64,000 bases of DNA from Podarcis muralis (Eukaryota). This document shows, in pieces, positions 33,911-63,753 of this stretch. Where the stretch lies: positions 29,388,001 to 29,452,000 of the forward strand of contig NC_135670.1 of assembly GCF_964188315.1 (NCBI RefSeq), written 5' to 3'. Made by a program: the position numbers and the translations under genes. The notes under the pieces were generated by a model, which was given only the letters and a program-made list of their open reading frames with translations, had not been told where the DNA came from and made no database searches. How positions within the stretch are numbered: position 1 is the first letter of the stretch; every line of letters starts with the position of its first letter.

Positions 33911-36900
33911 TATTTATACCCCACCCATCTGGCTGGGTATAGAGTCAATATCAAATTCACAATCAGGGTAAGAAACAAGAACAACATGCCTAAGAAATGG
34001 CTTCCTCCCTTAATCTGCCAAAGTGGTTTAGCCCTTCCCCAGAAGTAGAATTAAAGCTATTATTCCTGCAGCCAGATTTCACGGGATCCTCTGGAACCCT
34101 TCTCAAGACCATCAGTCGTACAATGGGAAGGGAGAAGGGTTTTGATGTTGTGCAAAATTGTAGCTCCTTCCTCTGCAAGAAGATCAAAACAGAGGAGGGG
34201 ATCCGGTGGGCTTGTGGTACTTGGGGGGGGGAAATGCAAAAAGCAGCCCGTGCATTCTGCATTTGCATCCTGAATTTTGCCTCTGCAATTGCATTTTGAA
34301 GTTTGAGGCCTTTAAAAGCTGCAAGGCAGGACCTGCAATCCAGCTGTGTGCATTGACGGTTTTTGCATCATTCTGCTAGAAACACCAGATGCTTTTTCAC
34401 TTCCGGACAGTCAGGAGAGATAATGGGTTTACAAACTTGGTTGCTGTTTTTAAAAGTCTATAAAAAAATTAAAGTGAAACATGGACGGAGTTACTAAAAA
34501 CTAAATATATTTTAATGGGAATGTGAACCCATGGGAAATGGCTGGGGGAGGGGGGGCTATACTGGAACACTGGCCCCTGACAGCTTTCCACTGGAGTAAT
34601 GTGGCCCTTGACTTAAAAAAGGTTCCCAACCCCTGTTTTAAGCGGTCAGTGAGACTGAAGATGCCCATCTCTCACTTACATTCATGTCACACTCTATGAT
34701 GGACACAGCTTTGTCGGGTTTCGTCTCCATCACTCGAAGCTCGTAGATCTAAAAAAAGACAGCCGATTTCATCATCAATATAATCTCTTATCAAGTTGCC
34801 TTACCGGTCTTATAACTCTGCCCTGCCCCATGCCAGCTCTCAAATTCAATCCAATGCCTAAAAGTCACCTACAAATCCACTTAAAAACCAGTAGACAGCC
34901 CTGGATGCATTATCAACTGCACAGATAGATACATGCACAAGTTTCTAGATTATGATGCCCAATCATTCCCTCCAGGGCTCCTCGGGTATAGCTTATTCCG
35001 CTTTAAATGGCGATGTATTACCTTTTCATTGTAGTTGATGGCTATAACATCTCCGGTGGTCAGGCAAGCGAAATTTCTGAGAGCGTTTTCCAATCTTTAC
35101 AGGATGTTAAATTGAAATACAAACCATGCTGGTAGCACGCTACATCACCAGCTGCTTTTAACCCCCCCCCCCCATCTCATTGAGGCTCCCTCTCTCCTTC
35201 AATTGTCACCTGGCAGGCTGCCATTCCACTGGGCTAGAGCAGAGGAAGAGAGGTGAAGCAGGAAAACTTCACTGGGTCTGGCTCTGTCAGGCTCCTCTTC
35301 TCCCTGAACAGCTTTCTATTCTAGCTGGTCATTATATGAACCAGTGCCTGCGCTTGCTTGGTGTGTCCCCCCCCCCCCCCATCTTCCCTCCTCACTCGTT
35401 TTCCTTTTGTTTGTTTGTTTTAAAAAGATATTTATTAAAGTTTCAAAATGTTACAAAAATAAGAAAAAGAAAAAAAGAAAAAAGAGAATACAAAGTACAG
35501 AAAAATAAAAACAGTTAAAAACAAATCAATCTTTCCATATCTTGTCTTTCGTTTGCTTGTTTCCCTGACCTCCTCACACCTCCCTTTTTTGTATTCCAGT
35601 TCAATTAGTTAATTCAGCAAATCCTTTCCCTCTTTGTTTTTATCTTAATCCTTTATCTTAATATATTATAACTTTAGATTATCACCTGTTAACAATCCAT
35701 TTTTACATATTCCTTTATAACACTGCTGCTAAAAACCACTTAACTTCATTCCGACATCATTCTAACATTCATTAATTTTGCAATATTTCTGTAAATAGTC
35801 TTTAAATTTATTCCAATCTTCTTCCACCGACTTCCTTTTGTGCTATGCCTGTTGGCAGGGGGGGCTTACTCTTTATTGATCTTACGCTAGCCACACTGGG
35901 AGCCTTTCTGACTGCAGAGCGGGGGAAAGATGCTTGAAAATAAACAGACACCCAACTTCCATGGTGCAGAAAATCTGCTTTAGAATAACATGGCCTGTCA
36001 ACTTTCTCCTACATCTTATTCTCATAAGATAAACTCTCCCCTCCTCAGTCTCCAGCTCATGGCATGTTACCAACTTTTGGAAAAGAGACACACAGATCGC
36101 TGTCACTGGCGTCCACTGCAAACTGAAGTCAGTGAGGCTACATCAGAGGAAGCTGTCTCTGAACTGGCCCTTGTTCATTTTCAGATAGCACCTGTTTCTG
36201 GAGCCCAGGGGCCACCTTCCCTCCTAAGTAACCTTCTGGAGCTGCGTGCCAATGGCAGGCAAGGCCAGAGGGAAGACAATGCAACTCTTACCTCTGTACA
36301 CTCAGAGGCTCTGCCAATAACAATAATAATAATAATAATAATAATTTATTTATACCCCACCCATCTGGCTGGGCTTCCCCAGCCACTCTGGGCAGCTTTC
36401 AACAAAATGTTAAAATACAGTAATGCATCAAACATTAAAAGCTTCCCTAAACAGGGCTGCCTTCAGATGTCTTCTAAAAGTCTGGAAGTTGTTGTTCTCT
36501 TTGACATCTGGTGGGAGGGCGTTCCACAGGGCGGGTGCCACTACCGAGAAGGCCCTCTGCCTGGTTCCCTGTAACTTGGCTTCTCGCAGTTAGCTCAGCT
36601 GGTTAGCACATGGTACTGATAACGCCAAGGGCCGAGGTTCAAACCCCCACATGGGTCACCCAGGCCAAAGAAGAGACAGGAAGGGGTGTGGCCTGGGGAG
36701 GAAGTGCATGCTGGGAAGAGCTCCAAGGTCCAAATGGACAGCCCTGGAGAACCACATTTGGTCCTGAGGTTCCTTACTCCCTTGTTGGAAAAAGGCAATT
36801 CATCTTCCTTCCCTGGGGCCACAGCTCAAACCACCCTCTGCTGCTTCCCCTGAGGTTTAACGAAAAGGATACACTGCTTTGGGGTTGGTGATGTCAAGGA

Positions 36901-39900
36901 AATCAGGGCTCTGCGGCTGAAATTTGGAGTACGTCGCCACCTGCAAGTTGACGCTCTCTACCTGCACCAGGCCCCCTTCCTCCAAGAGCAAGTTCTGCAT
37001 CATCTGTCAAAAGGAAACAAAGACAGGTGCTCAAATGATGTCTTGGGAGACACTCAGAGCTTCCTGCAAAGAATCCTGTGGCCTGTATAGTGGTACCTTG
37101 GGTTACAGACGCCTCAGGTTACAGACTCTGCTAACCCAGAAATAGTACCTCGGGTTAAGAACTTTGCTTCAGGAAGAGAACAGAAATAGTGCTCCAGCGG
37201 CGCGGCAGCAGCTGGAGGATTCATTAGCTAAAGTGGTGCTGCAGGTTAAGAACAGTTTCAGGTTAAGAACGGACCTCCAGAACGAATTAAGTACTTAACC
37301 CGAGGTACCACTGTAGTTCGTTAAGGTGCTGAGAGTTGTCAGGAGACCTTAATTCCCTCTCACAGAGCTGTAATTCCCAGAGTTCCCTGGGAAGAGGGAC
37401 CAACCAACTACTCTGAGAACTGTAGCTCCGTGATGCGAATGTACAGTCTATCCGCAGTTTGTATGAGACATCAGCACGAGCCTGTGCTATAGTGAAATAT
37501 TTTTTTTAAAAAAATACCGTATTTTTTGCTCTATAAGACTCACTTTTTCCCTCCTAAAAAGTAAGGGGAAATGTGTGTGCGTCTTATGGAGCGAATGCAG
37601 GCTGCACAGCTATCCCAGAAGCCAGAACAGCAAGAGGGATTGCTGCTTTCACTGCGCAGAGATCCCTCTTGCTGTTCTGGCTTCTGAGATTCAGAATATT
37701 TTTTTTCTTGTTTTCCTCCTCTAAAAACTAGGTGCGTCTTGTGGTCTGGTGCATCTTATAGAGCGAAAAATACGTAATTAAAAAAATAAGAGGATAACTC
37801 ATTTCATATAACCCTTGTAGAAGTTTTAAGTTGAGAAGAGAATCAAGGTGTCTACTTACCCAGTGTGGAAGGTAACAAATGCCTTCGTCGGCCACAAACT
37901 CAAGCACGCCACAGTGCGTCATCCGGTCGGAATTTTTATTTGTCAGTTTAAACAACATAGGATAGGTGATATTAAGCCGGCCTAGGGAAAAATGGGGGTG
38001 AGGGGAGAAGCACTGCATTATATCAAATAGAATTTTATTGGAAGCTCGCATAAAGAATCTTGGACTGTGAGCCTACACTTGCTTAATTGGGAGTAAGCCT
38101 CGCTGAACTCACTGCAGAGAATATTTGAGGTCACTGGAAGAGTCAAAATGGCTTCAGGATTGCTCTCCTGTACTATTTCAGATGTGGTTTATATATTTAT
38201 GTATGTATTTGCCTTGTAGATTTATGAACACATGATTTATATATATATGAGACCTTAGACTTTCTATAACAGTTGGGTATATAAGGGGGTGAGAAAACAT
38301 TTTAGGCATCCTGGTCCCTAGCTGTATAGGGCTTTGTACACCAGTAGCAGCCCCTTGAACGAAGGCTAGTACCTTATTGACAGCCAGTGCAATTAATTCA
38401 GTAGCAGTGTAATGTGGTGGCAAGAAAACAGAAAAATAGTTCTATCTGAGCACCATGTGACTCTGGAGCAAGGAGAAGTTGGGACAAGAGGTGACCATTA
38501 TTGTGCCTTTGTACATCCTATAGGATGGAATGTCAAGAGGAAATAATTGTAGCGTTACCATAGGAGCAATTTCATATATGTCACCAATCGAAAATGCTTA
38601 TTGGCTTCTTACTGATTTAACCAGCTACAACCTTAATATTTAATTGGCAGGTCAGGACCCACAACTGGATTGTGGCCTGAACCAAAGTGGGGCACGATGA
38701 CAACTGTTTGCTGTCATACAAATACAAGATTAAAACAATTAAGATGAGGGTCTCTAAACCCCTGTCTCGATTAAAGGTGGGTCGGAAAACACTGAAAACA
38801 CTTGCAGTGAGAGAATATACTTTACATCTTCATAAGTACGCTGAATAGAAGATACTCACTGAGTTGATCCAAAGCAGAGGGTGGCATAATTACTGCGAAA
38901 AAAGGAAATTAACAGTAAGATTAGGTATGGCATGGCAATGGAAAACAAGCACAGGAAAATCAAGACGTGTACTTTAATACGAGAATATATTCCTTCGTTG
39001 AATTCCCGCCCACAGACATTAACACAAAGAGAAGTTTATCCAGTGTCCTATGTCATAACACCTAGATTTCCTTCTCCTGATTCAGAGCAGGGGGTGTGAA
39101 AACCAAGAGAGTAAGTATCCTATATACTACACATTTCAGTGGGGAGGGAGACTCAACACGAGGCTACCACAGGGATGGGGAACCCCAGGCCTGTGGCCCA
39201 AATGTGACCCTCTAGGTCAGGTGTGGGAAACCTGTGGCCCTCCAGACGTTGATGAACTAAATCTCCCTTAATCTTTGCTGAGCTTGCTGGTACTTGCAGT
39301 TCATCAACATCTAGAGAGTCACAGGTTCCCCACCTCAGTGCTAGGCCTCTCAACCTGGCCCTTAGGTTGAGCCCTTAGCCCTCTCCCCAGGCTACCCCTC
39401 TTACTGGATGGAATGGGTCCTTGACCACAGAAAATACCGTATTTTTCGTCCCATAGGACGCTCCGTCCCATAGGACGCACCTAGTTTTTTTTGGGGGGGG
39501 GAATAAAGGAAATCCCCCCCTTTATTTCGCCCCCAAAAGCAGGTCGGGGAAACCGAACCAGGTCAAGGAACAGCGGGATGGCGGCGCTGCGCCTCCCTGC
39601 TGTCCCCCGAGCTTGTGGGGCTGGCAGATGTGTTCCCGAAGCGCCGGGAGCTCTGCTTTCAGCGTGCCCAGCGCTCCGGGAAGCAGGCTACTATCCGCAG
39701 CCTAGACAGCCCTGCGGGAACTCCCGCAGGGCTGCCTAGGCTGCGGATGTCTTCCTGAAGCCTGGAGAGCGAGAGGGGTCGGTGCGCACCGACCCCTCTC
39801 GCTCTCCAAGCTTCAGCGAAAGCCTGCATTCGCCCCATAGGACGCACCCAGATTTCCCCTTCATTTTTGGAGGGGAAAAAGTGCGTCCTATAGGGCAAAA

Positions 39901-42900
39901 AATACGGTACCTCTTGCTTATGTGGAAAGATAACAGAGAGGGTCATCATGTGCATGTGTGTAGAAACTATCCTACCATACAAAGGCAAAATGTTACATTC
40001 ATTGTTCCATCCACTTGTGCCTCTGGCCTCACCCAGAACTGCCATGTGAGCCCTGGAAGGTGGTCCAGAAGGGAATGTGGCCTTAAAGGTAAAGGGACCC
40101 CTGACCATTAGGTCCAGTCGCAGACAACTCTACAGCACTCATCTCGCTTTACAGACCAAGGGAGCCGGCGTGCAGCTTCCGGGTCATGTGGCCAGCATGA
40201 CTAAGCCGCTTCTGGCGAACCAGAGCAGCGCACGGAAATGCCGTTTACCTTCCCGCTGGAGCGGTACCTATTTATCTACTTGCACTGCATGCTTTCGAAC
40301 TGCTAGGTGAGCAGGAGCAGGGACCGAGCAACGGGAACTCACCCCGTCGCGGGGATCCGAACCACCGACCTTCTGACCGGCAAGCCCTAGGCTCTGAGGT
40401 TTAACCCACAGTGCGACCCGCGTCCCTAATGTGGCCCTTAGACTTCCATAATCCAGATAATGCTCCTGAATCCCATTTTCTGGAAACGGCAGTAGGGGAG
40501 AGTGCTCCAGGATGCTAGACTAGATTGGCCTGATCCAGTAGGCTCCTCTTATGCTCTCTATTTGGGGGAGCTTAGCCAGCACGTGTTGCTTAATGCTCTT
40601 TCAAGTACCACCTCCTGCAAAACACAAAACCATCTAGCTCTCAAGAAAATATTCAAAAAGAAAAACGTGCACATACTCTTCCCGCCTTTCTCCACATCTG
40701 ACCTGTCATTAGGTCCAGCAAGCATGGACACCGAGAAACAGCGGTACTGAGTCGAGAAGCGGTTCTGGAACACTCTGGGGATTGGGTGATCGAACATATT
40801 GAAAGAAAACTGGGGAGGAAAAACAAGAGAATGCATTAGAAGAGGCAAGTTATATATAGTCATACCTTGGGTTACAGATGCTTCAGGTTGCGTTTTTTCG
40901 GGTTACGGACCTGCTGAAATCCAGAAGTACTGGTACAGGTTACTTCTGAGTTTCGGGGGTCGTGCATGCACAGAAGTGCCGAATTGCAACCCGCGTATGC
41001 GCAGACACGCCGCTGCAGGTTGTGAACGCTGCGGGTTGCGAATGTGCATCCCGCACAGATCACGTTCGCAACCTGAGCGTCCACTGTATAATATGCTGCC
41101 ATACTGAATCAGACAACTCGTCTATCTAGCTTAGTACTGTCAACTTCTGTGTTCTTCAACCTTGGGTCTCCTGGTGTTCTTGGACTACAACATCCATCAT
41201 CACTGGCAGTCCCACATAGAGCAGATTACAATCATCCAATCTGGAAGTTTCCAGAGCATGGGAGCACATACTCACTGATGAGACAAGTAGGCCTCAAAGC
41301 AATATGCCCAGTTGTTCCAACCTTTTGTACACGAGAACCAAGACCTTGAATTGAGCTCTGTTGCTCACGTGGAGCTAGCGCAGTGCTTTAAGGATCAACC
41401 ACATACAATTCTATCTTGCTGTCCCACTTGACAGCAGTATCCTGTACCAGTGGCAGCCTCCAGACCATCTTCAAGGGCAGCCCCACACAGAACGCATTGC
41501 AGTAGTCCCCAACAGTGAGGTTCTTAGAGCATGGCTGACTGAATCTGGGCTTTCCTGGGCCAAGAATGGTACACTGTGCTTTAAAGTTGTTGTCTTTATT
41601 ATTTCACTTCGCAGAATTTCTGATAAGCGGCAGCTGTATAAATGTAAATAAATACATAAACAACAGCCCACAAAAGCTGCTCTCGTGGTAAGACTGCAAT
41701 CTGCATATAATTTACCCTGAACCCAGGAAACCAGTCTGGCGACTGACTGGTTAAGATTCCTACTTGAGCTGGGGGCAATTTTTAGTCAAAACTCTCTTTT
41801 GCTATTTAGTTTTTAATGGGGTTTTTGTTTTTCCCAGCCTTCTCTGGATCTTGCCTGCTTGAATCTACTGTCCGTCGCGCAAACTGCTGTTACGGTGCTG
41901 TATACACACAAAAGTAAAATGGGGACTGTGCTGCCGCAAATCTAAACCTTTAAGTGGGTTGGGCATGACTTGTTCCATTTAAACATACTGCTGAGGTGTG
42001 CACTTCAGCTTTCGCTCATTGTGGTTTTCACCCATGTTGTCGCTTTACTCTTACTTTGCAAGGCACATGTACATAGAAACCCTATCTGCAGTCGCCGTTG
42101 GCTGTAGCAATAAAATAAAATACAACATACCGAGGAGAGAGGGAAATGCTTAGCTATACAGTGGTGCCCCGCAAGACGAATGCCTCCCAAGACGAAAAAC
42201 TCGCTAGACGAAAGGGTTTTCCGTTTTTTGAGTCATTCCGCAAGACGAATTTCCCTATGGGCTTGCTTCGCAAGACGAAACGTCTTGTGAGTTTGTTTCC
42301 TTTTTCTTAAAGCCGCTAAGCCGTTAATAGCCGCTAAGCCGTTAATAGCCGCTAAGCCGCGCTTCGCAAGACGAAAAAACCGCAAGACGAAGAGACTCGC
42401 GGAACGGATTAATTTCGTCTTGCGAGGCACCACTGTACCAAATACGTTCTGGAGGCTCAATTGTTGCTTTATTTTTACTGTGCAAGGCATAAGCGCATAG
42501 AAACCCTATTTGCATTCACCACTGGCCGTAGCAATAAAATAAAATAAAATACAATATATTGAGGACAGAGCAAAATGCTTAGCTATACCAAATACGAGAG
42601 GCTCACGTGGACGCGGATGACAGAACTTGACACATCATTCTTCATCCGCAGATAAGACGGGTGAGCCGATAGGCTTCCTTTTGATTTTTGTTTTAATCAT
42701 AAACAACAGCAACAACTGAGCAATGTCAGAAAGTCAATCAAACAACAGATCTTATTCTTAGTGCCCCTGCTAAAAGATTTGCAAGGTTTTTTGGGACTGT
42801 ATATTATTACCTGAGTGGAAAAATGTGAATCGTCATCGCCCCCCCCCCCATCATCCTAAAAACTTTTCTTCGAGCTACCACAGAACTACAATGGGGTGTG

Positions 42901-43403
42901 TGTGTGTGTGGGCTCAGTTTCGTTTTGATTTTGTTCAAACTGCTGTTATTTTTTACCTATGTCACTTTAAAGTGTGATATGAACGCTGTATACTTAGCTT
43001 TAGATTTTGATTCAGGTGGAAACTTTCCCATTTTGCTGTGTATTTTTTGATGTGGCTAAATAAGTCTTCTGGGAAAACAACTTTGTCAGTGGCTAAATTC
43101 CTTTTCCTGGCACTCAAGTGTCGGAAACGTATAACTGAATGCTTTGATGTGGGTTATCTGTGAGAGGTCTAGTACTGTGGCCCTACCTTTTTATGTACCC
43201 CTGTGATGTTTTAGTTTATAATTCTGTATTGTGTAATGTTTATTTCTGACCATCGGTCGAATAAAGGAAATTGTTGTTGTTGATGTGGCTTATTTATGAC
43301 TTTTGTAATGATGTAAATCTTGTTACGCTGTAAGCCGCCTTGAGCATTGTTTTTTAACTGTGCAAAGGCGGTATACAAATAATAAATGATGATGATGATG
43401 ATG

Positions 43404-43447
<44 letters not shown>

Positions 43448-43552
43448 TTGCAATTCCTTACAGCCAGGATGACTCTGCATTTCCCACCACCAACATCCAA
43501 TATTAGTCCCCCTCCAATCCAAAGAAAGACCCCCCCCAAGGCCCCCTACCAT
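29246..43552 (-). CDS. UFD1: Ubiquitin recognition factor in ERAD 1, 12 coding exons, 924 nt, 307 aa
   Basis: Exons of 3,133,33,122,131,73,69,66,48,89,82,75 nt splice into one frame, [31 protein letters not shown]...SLRKKGRKP*, nearly identical to human UFD1 as recalled. Confidence 0.97.
29778..30148 (-). mobile_element. Sauria SINE
   Basis: TSD TTCACTGGGGACA; ends 45 nt from the UFD1 exon 11 donor. Confidence 0.9.
30194..30275 (-). CDS. UFD1: UFD1 exon 11
   Basis: [27 protein letters not shown]; ctgcag / GTGAGT. Confidence 0.96.
30811..30878. repeat. (GATA)n microsatellite
   Basis: Direct reading. Confidence 0.95.
31687..31858 (+). mobile_element. CR1 3' fragment
   Basis: gtggagtctccttctttggaggtctttaagcagagg...ccaactctatgattcta. 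Confidence 0.8.
31898..31986 (-). CDS. UFD1: UFD1 exon 10
   Basis: [29 protein letters not shown]; cctgcag / GTTGGT. Confidence 0.96.
32237..33014. mobile_element. TcMar Tc2-like MITE containing a solo LTR
   Basis: CCGTACTTTACCGTGT / ACACGGAAAAGTATGG ends, TA TSD. Confidence 0.8.
32503..32918 (+). mobile_element. Solo LTR (416 bp) nested in a Tc2-like MITE
   Basis: TGTCATGG...CCATCACA termini, 5-bp TSD ACAAC, internal AATAAA near 32845. Confidence 0.8.
33348..33395 (-). CDS. UFD1: UFD1 exon 9
   Basis: [16 protein letters not shown]; tttccag / GTAAGT. Confidence 0.94.
33790..33855 (-). CDS. UFD1: UFD1 exon 8
   Basis: [22 protein letters not shown]; (att)17cag / GTAAGT. Confidence 0.96.
33859..33937 (-). 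mobile_element. Very short L2 3' end plus (ATT)17 tail abutting the UFD1 exon 8 acceptor
   Basis: cccagccagatgggtggggtataaatac matches the L2 terminus at about 23200-23230. Confidence 0.8.
34680..34748 (-). CDS. UFD1: UFD1 exon 7
   Basis: [23 protein letters not shown]; tttttag / GTAAGT. Confidence 0.97.
35022..35094 (-). CDS. UFD1: UFD1 exon 6
   Basis: [24 protein letters not shown]; gtaaag / GTAATA. Confidence 0.97.
35405..35835 (-). mobile_element. L1-clade LINE 3' fragment
   Basis: Same C-terminal and 3' UTR pattern as 59689-60235. Confidence 0.7.
36316..36589 (-). mobile_element. L2-clade LINE 3' fragment
   Basis: Reverse complement of the 22990-23280 sequence with its tail. Confidence 0.85.
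36588..36658 (+). pseudogene. tRNA-Ile(GAT)-like pseudogene or SINE head
   Basis: ttagctcagctggttagcacatggtaCTGATAAcgccaagggccgaggttcaaacccc: A and B boxes and anticodon loop present, stems mismatched, 5' end abuts an L2 insertion. Confidence 0.55.
36873..37003 (-). CDS. UFD1: UFD1 exon 5
   Basis: [43 protein letters not shown]; donor GTATCCTTTT (U12-type). Confidence 0.97.
37088..37313. mobile_element. Tigger/pogo-like MITE, family 1
   Basis: TIR and TA TSD. Confidence 0.88.
37517..37774. mobile_element. TcMar Tc2-like MITE
   Basis: Same TIR family as 1061-1500. Confidence 0.85.
37860..37981 (-). CDS. UFD1: UFD1 exon 4
   Basis: [40 protein letters not shown]; ccctag / GTAAGT. Confidence 0.97.
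38860..38892 (-). CDS. UFD1: UFD1 exon 3
   Basis: [11 protein letters not shown]; ttcgcag / GTGAGT. Confidence 0.95.
39437..39907. mobile_element. TcMar Tc2-like MITE, CpG-rich
   Basis: CCGTATTTTTCG / CAAAAAATACGG, TA TSD. Confidence 0.88.
40085..40426 (-). mobile_element. Sauria SINE
   Basis: TSD AATGTGGCC. Confidence 0.92.
40677..40809 (-). CDS. UFD1: UFD1 exon 2
   Basis: [18 protein letters not shown]...DVEKGGK; cccag / GTATGT. Confidence 0.97.
40857..41086. mobile_element. Tigger/pogo-like MITE, family 5
   Basis: tagtcatacctt / gagcgtccactg ends, TA flanks. Confidence 0.7.
42035..42605 (+). repeat. Tandem duplication of about 150 bp, first copy interrupted by a MITE
   Basis: gcaaggca..catagaaaccctat..gtagcaataaaataaaatacaa..atgcttagctata occurs twice. 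Confidence 0.85.
42159..42435. mobile_element. Tigger/pogo-like MITE, family 6
   Basis: CAGTGGTGCC / GGCACCACTG, TA TSD, repeated gcaagacgaa. Confidence 0.9.
43386..43443. repeat. (GAT)n LINE/SINE tail plus (GT)n microsatellite, about 105 nt into UFD1 intron 1
   Basis: Direct reading. Confidence 0.95.
43550..43552 (-). CDS. UFD1: UFD1 exon 1 coding part (ATG only)
   Basis: gccaccatcATG|GTAGGG at the edge of the CpG island; phase 0 fits exon 2. Confidence 0.85.
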
Positions 43553-45041
43553 GATGGTGGCGTCTCCTCCTCCTCCTCCTCGTCCCCTTTGCTATTGACA
43601 GGCCTCCCGCAGAGGTCTCCTCAGGTGCCGGGGAGCTCCAGCCAACTTGCCTCTCTCGAGGCCGACAGGAAGCCTCGTGAGGCGCCGAGGGAAACGGAGC
43701 GAAGGGCGGTCGGGATAGGGCGGAATCCCTTGGGCTAAGGGGGAAGCGGGTGGGGACTTCTTCCCCAGGGGCTGGAAATCAGCGACCTTTACTCAAAAGT
43801 ATTCGACACCCGATAAGCCGGCATTTCCGTGTGTTGAAAACCTCAACCGGATCGCGCCCCTCACGTTCGTTCGGGCATTAACAACAACCGCGACAAAAAC
43901 CACATTTCCCAGAATGCCATTCGAAGGCTCGGTCCGCCAAGGTTTTGTTCCGGGTGAAGTTCAAATGAAGGGGGGGCGGGGAAGGCTCTCGTGTTTTTTT
44001 CCTTCTTTTTAGCGTCTCGTTTTTAATTTCAACTCTTTTTTTAAAATCACAGTGTTGTGGGCTCAGTTTGGGGTTTTGTGAGGCGCTTTTTTGGTGTATT
44101 TATCAGCCCACAGTGTAGGAGGACGTTAAAGGGAAAGGCACTGCCCGAATCAAACATGGCGACCACGGTGTTGCTTGGCCCTACAATGGAAAACTCCGGC
44201 TCCCTCCTTCGGGTTTTTCCCCCCTCCCCTTCTAAAACGAACAAAATGGTGGATGGACACGCCCTCTCTTGTGACCAAAGAGTTGTCAGGTAAGACACGG
44301 AAGTGTTCTTCACAATCCTCTCTTCCGGTTCTCATTAGACCTCTTGCGGGCCAAGGTTAGCAGAAAGCGGTTATGCCTCCCTTTTTCAGCTTTATGCAGC
44401 ACCCTGGGGAAAAGCCTTGTCGGTATCATCCTATATTTTGTACATTTTATACATAGCAATCAACGTAAACATATAAATAAGATTAGCAGGGTTCACCCCG
44501 CAAGCGCAGCCCCAGAGAATAGTGATAACCTTGACCCAACCTTTTTTAAAAATACAGGAATGATTATTTCAAGCCCTGGTAGAAAAGGGAGCCTCTAAAC
44601 CACGCCTATGCAATTTTACATCCATTCCCTGCAATATTTCCGCCACTCTTTCTCGCAAATGGAGGCTGCCACTACCGACATGCACCCGGGAACCGGACGT
44701 CACGTCCTACTAAACAAGACTGCACCTCTTTTCCCCTTGCCGCCCAATCTTACTGTGCAAAAAGGCCTCTGTCGGTCCGCCTCAGAACTGCCCGTTTGGG
44801 GTGATGGGCGGAGGAGGGCGGAGCACGCGTCCAATCAAAGCGCCAGAGAGGCCGCACGGTGGGCGGGTCGGGGAGCCTATTGGGCGAGATTCGGAGCGCG
44901 GCGACCAATGGGCGAAGCCAAAGGGGTTTGGCGCCTTCCTTTGAGCGGAGCCCGAATCGCCGCCTCAGTTCGCCTTCGCCGCCGTTGCCGCCGCCGCCGC
45001 CGGGATCCTGTCAGGGGGTTGAAAGCCCGGCCTTCCCGGCC
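43553..45041. promoter_or_regulatory. UFD1/CDC45 bidirectional promoter
   Basis: 1.49 kb between divergent ATGs. ZNF143-like ACCACATTTCCCAGAATGCC 43899-43918; YY1-like AACATGGCG 44153-44161; ETS sites near 44297 and 44323; CCAAT boxes 44831, 44879 (reverse), 44905; E2F site TTTGGCGC 44927-44934. Confidence 0.85.

Positions 45042-63753
<18,712 letters not shown>

Larger units (their letters stand above)
35095..36872 (-). other. UFD1: U12-type (minor spliceosome) GT-AG intron 5 of UFD1
   Basis: 5' site GTATCCTTTT matches the RTATCCTTT consensus; 3' end tcaatTTAACatcctgtaaag has a branch-like TTAAC 11 nt from the end and no pyrimidine tract. Confidence 0.85.

Noticed and set aside
39437-39907. 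CpG-rich patch inside UFD1 intron 2 as an internal promoter
   Set aside because: Bounded exactly by Tc2-like TIRs and TA duplications; it is a MITE
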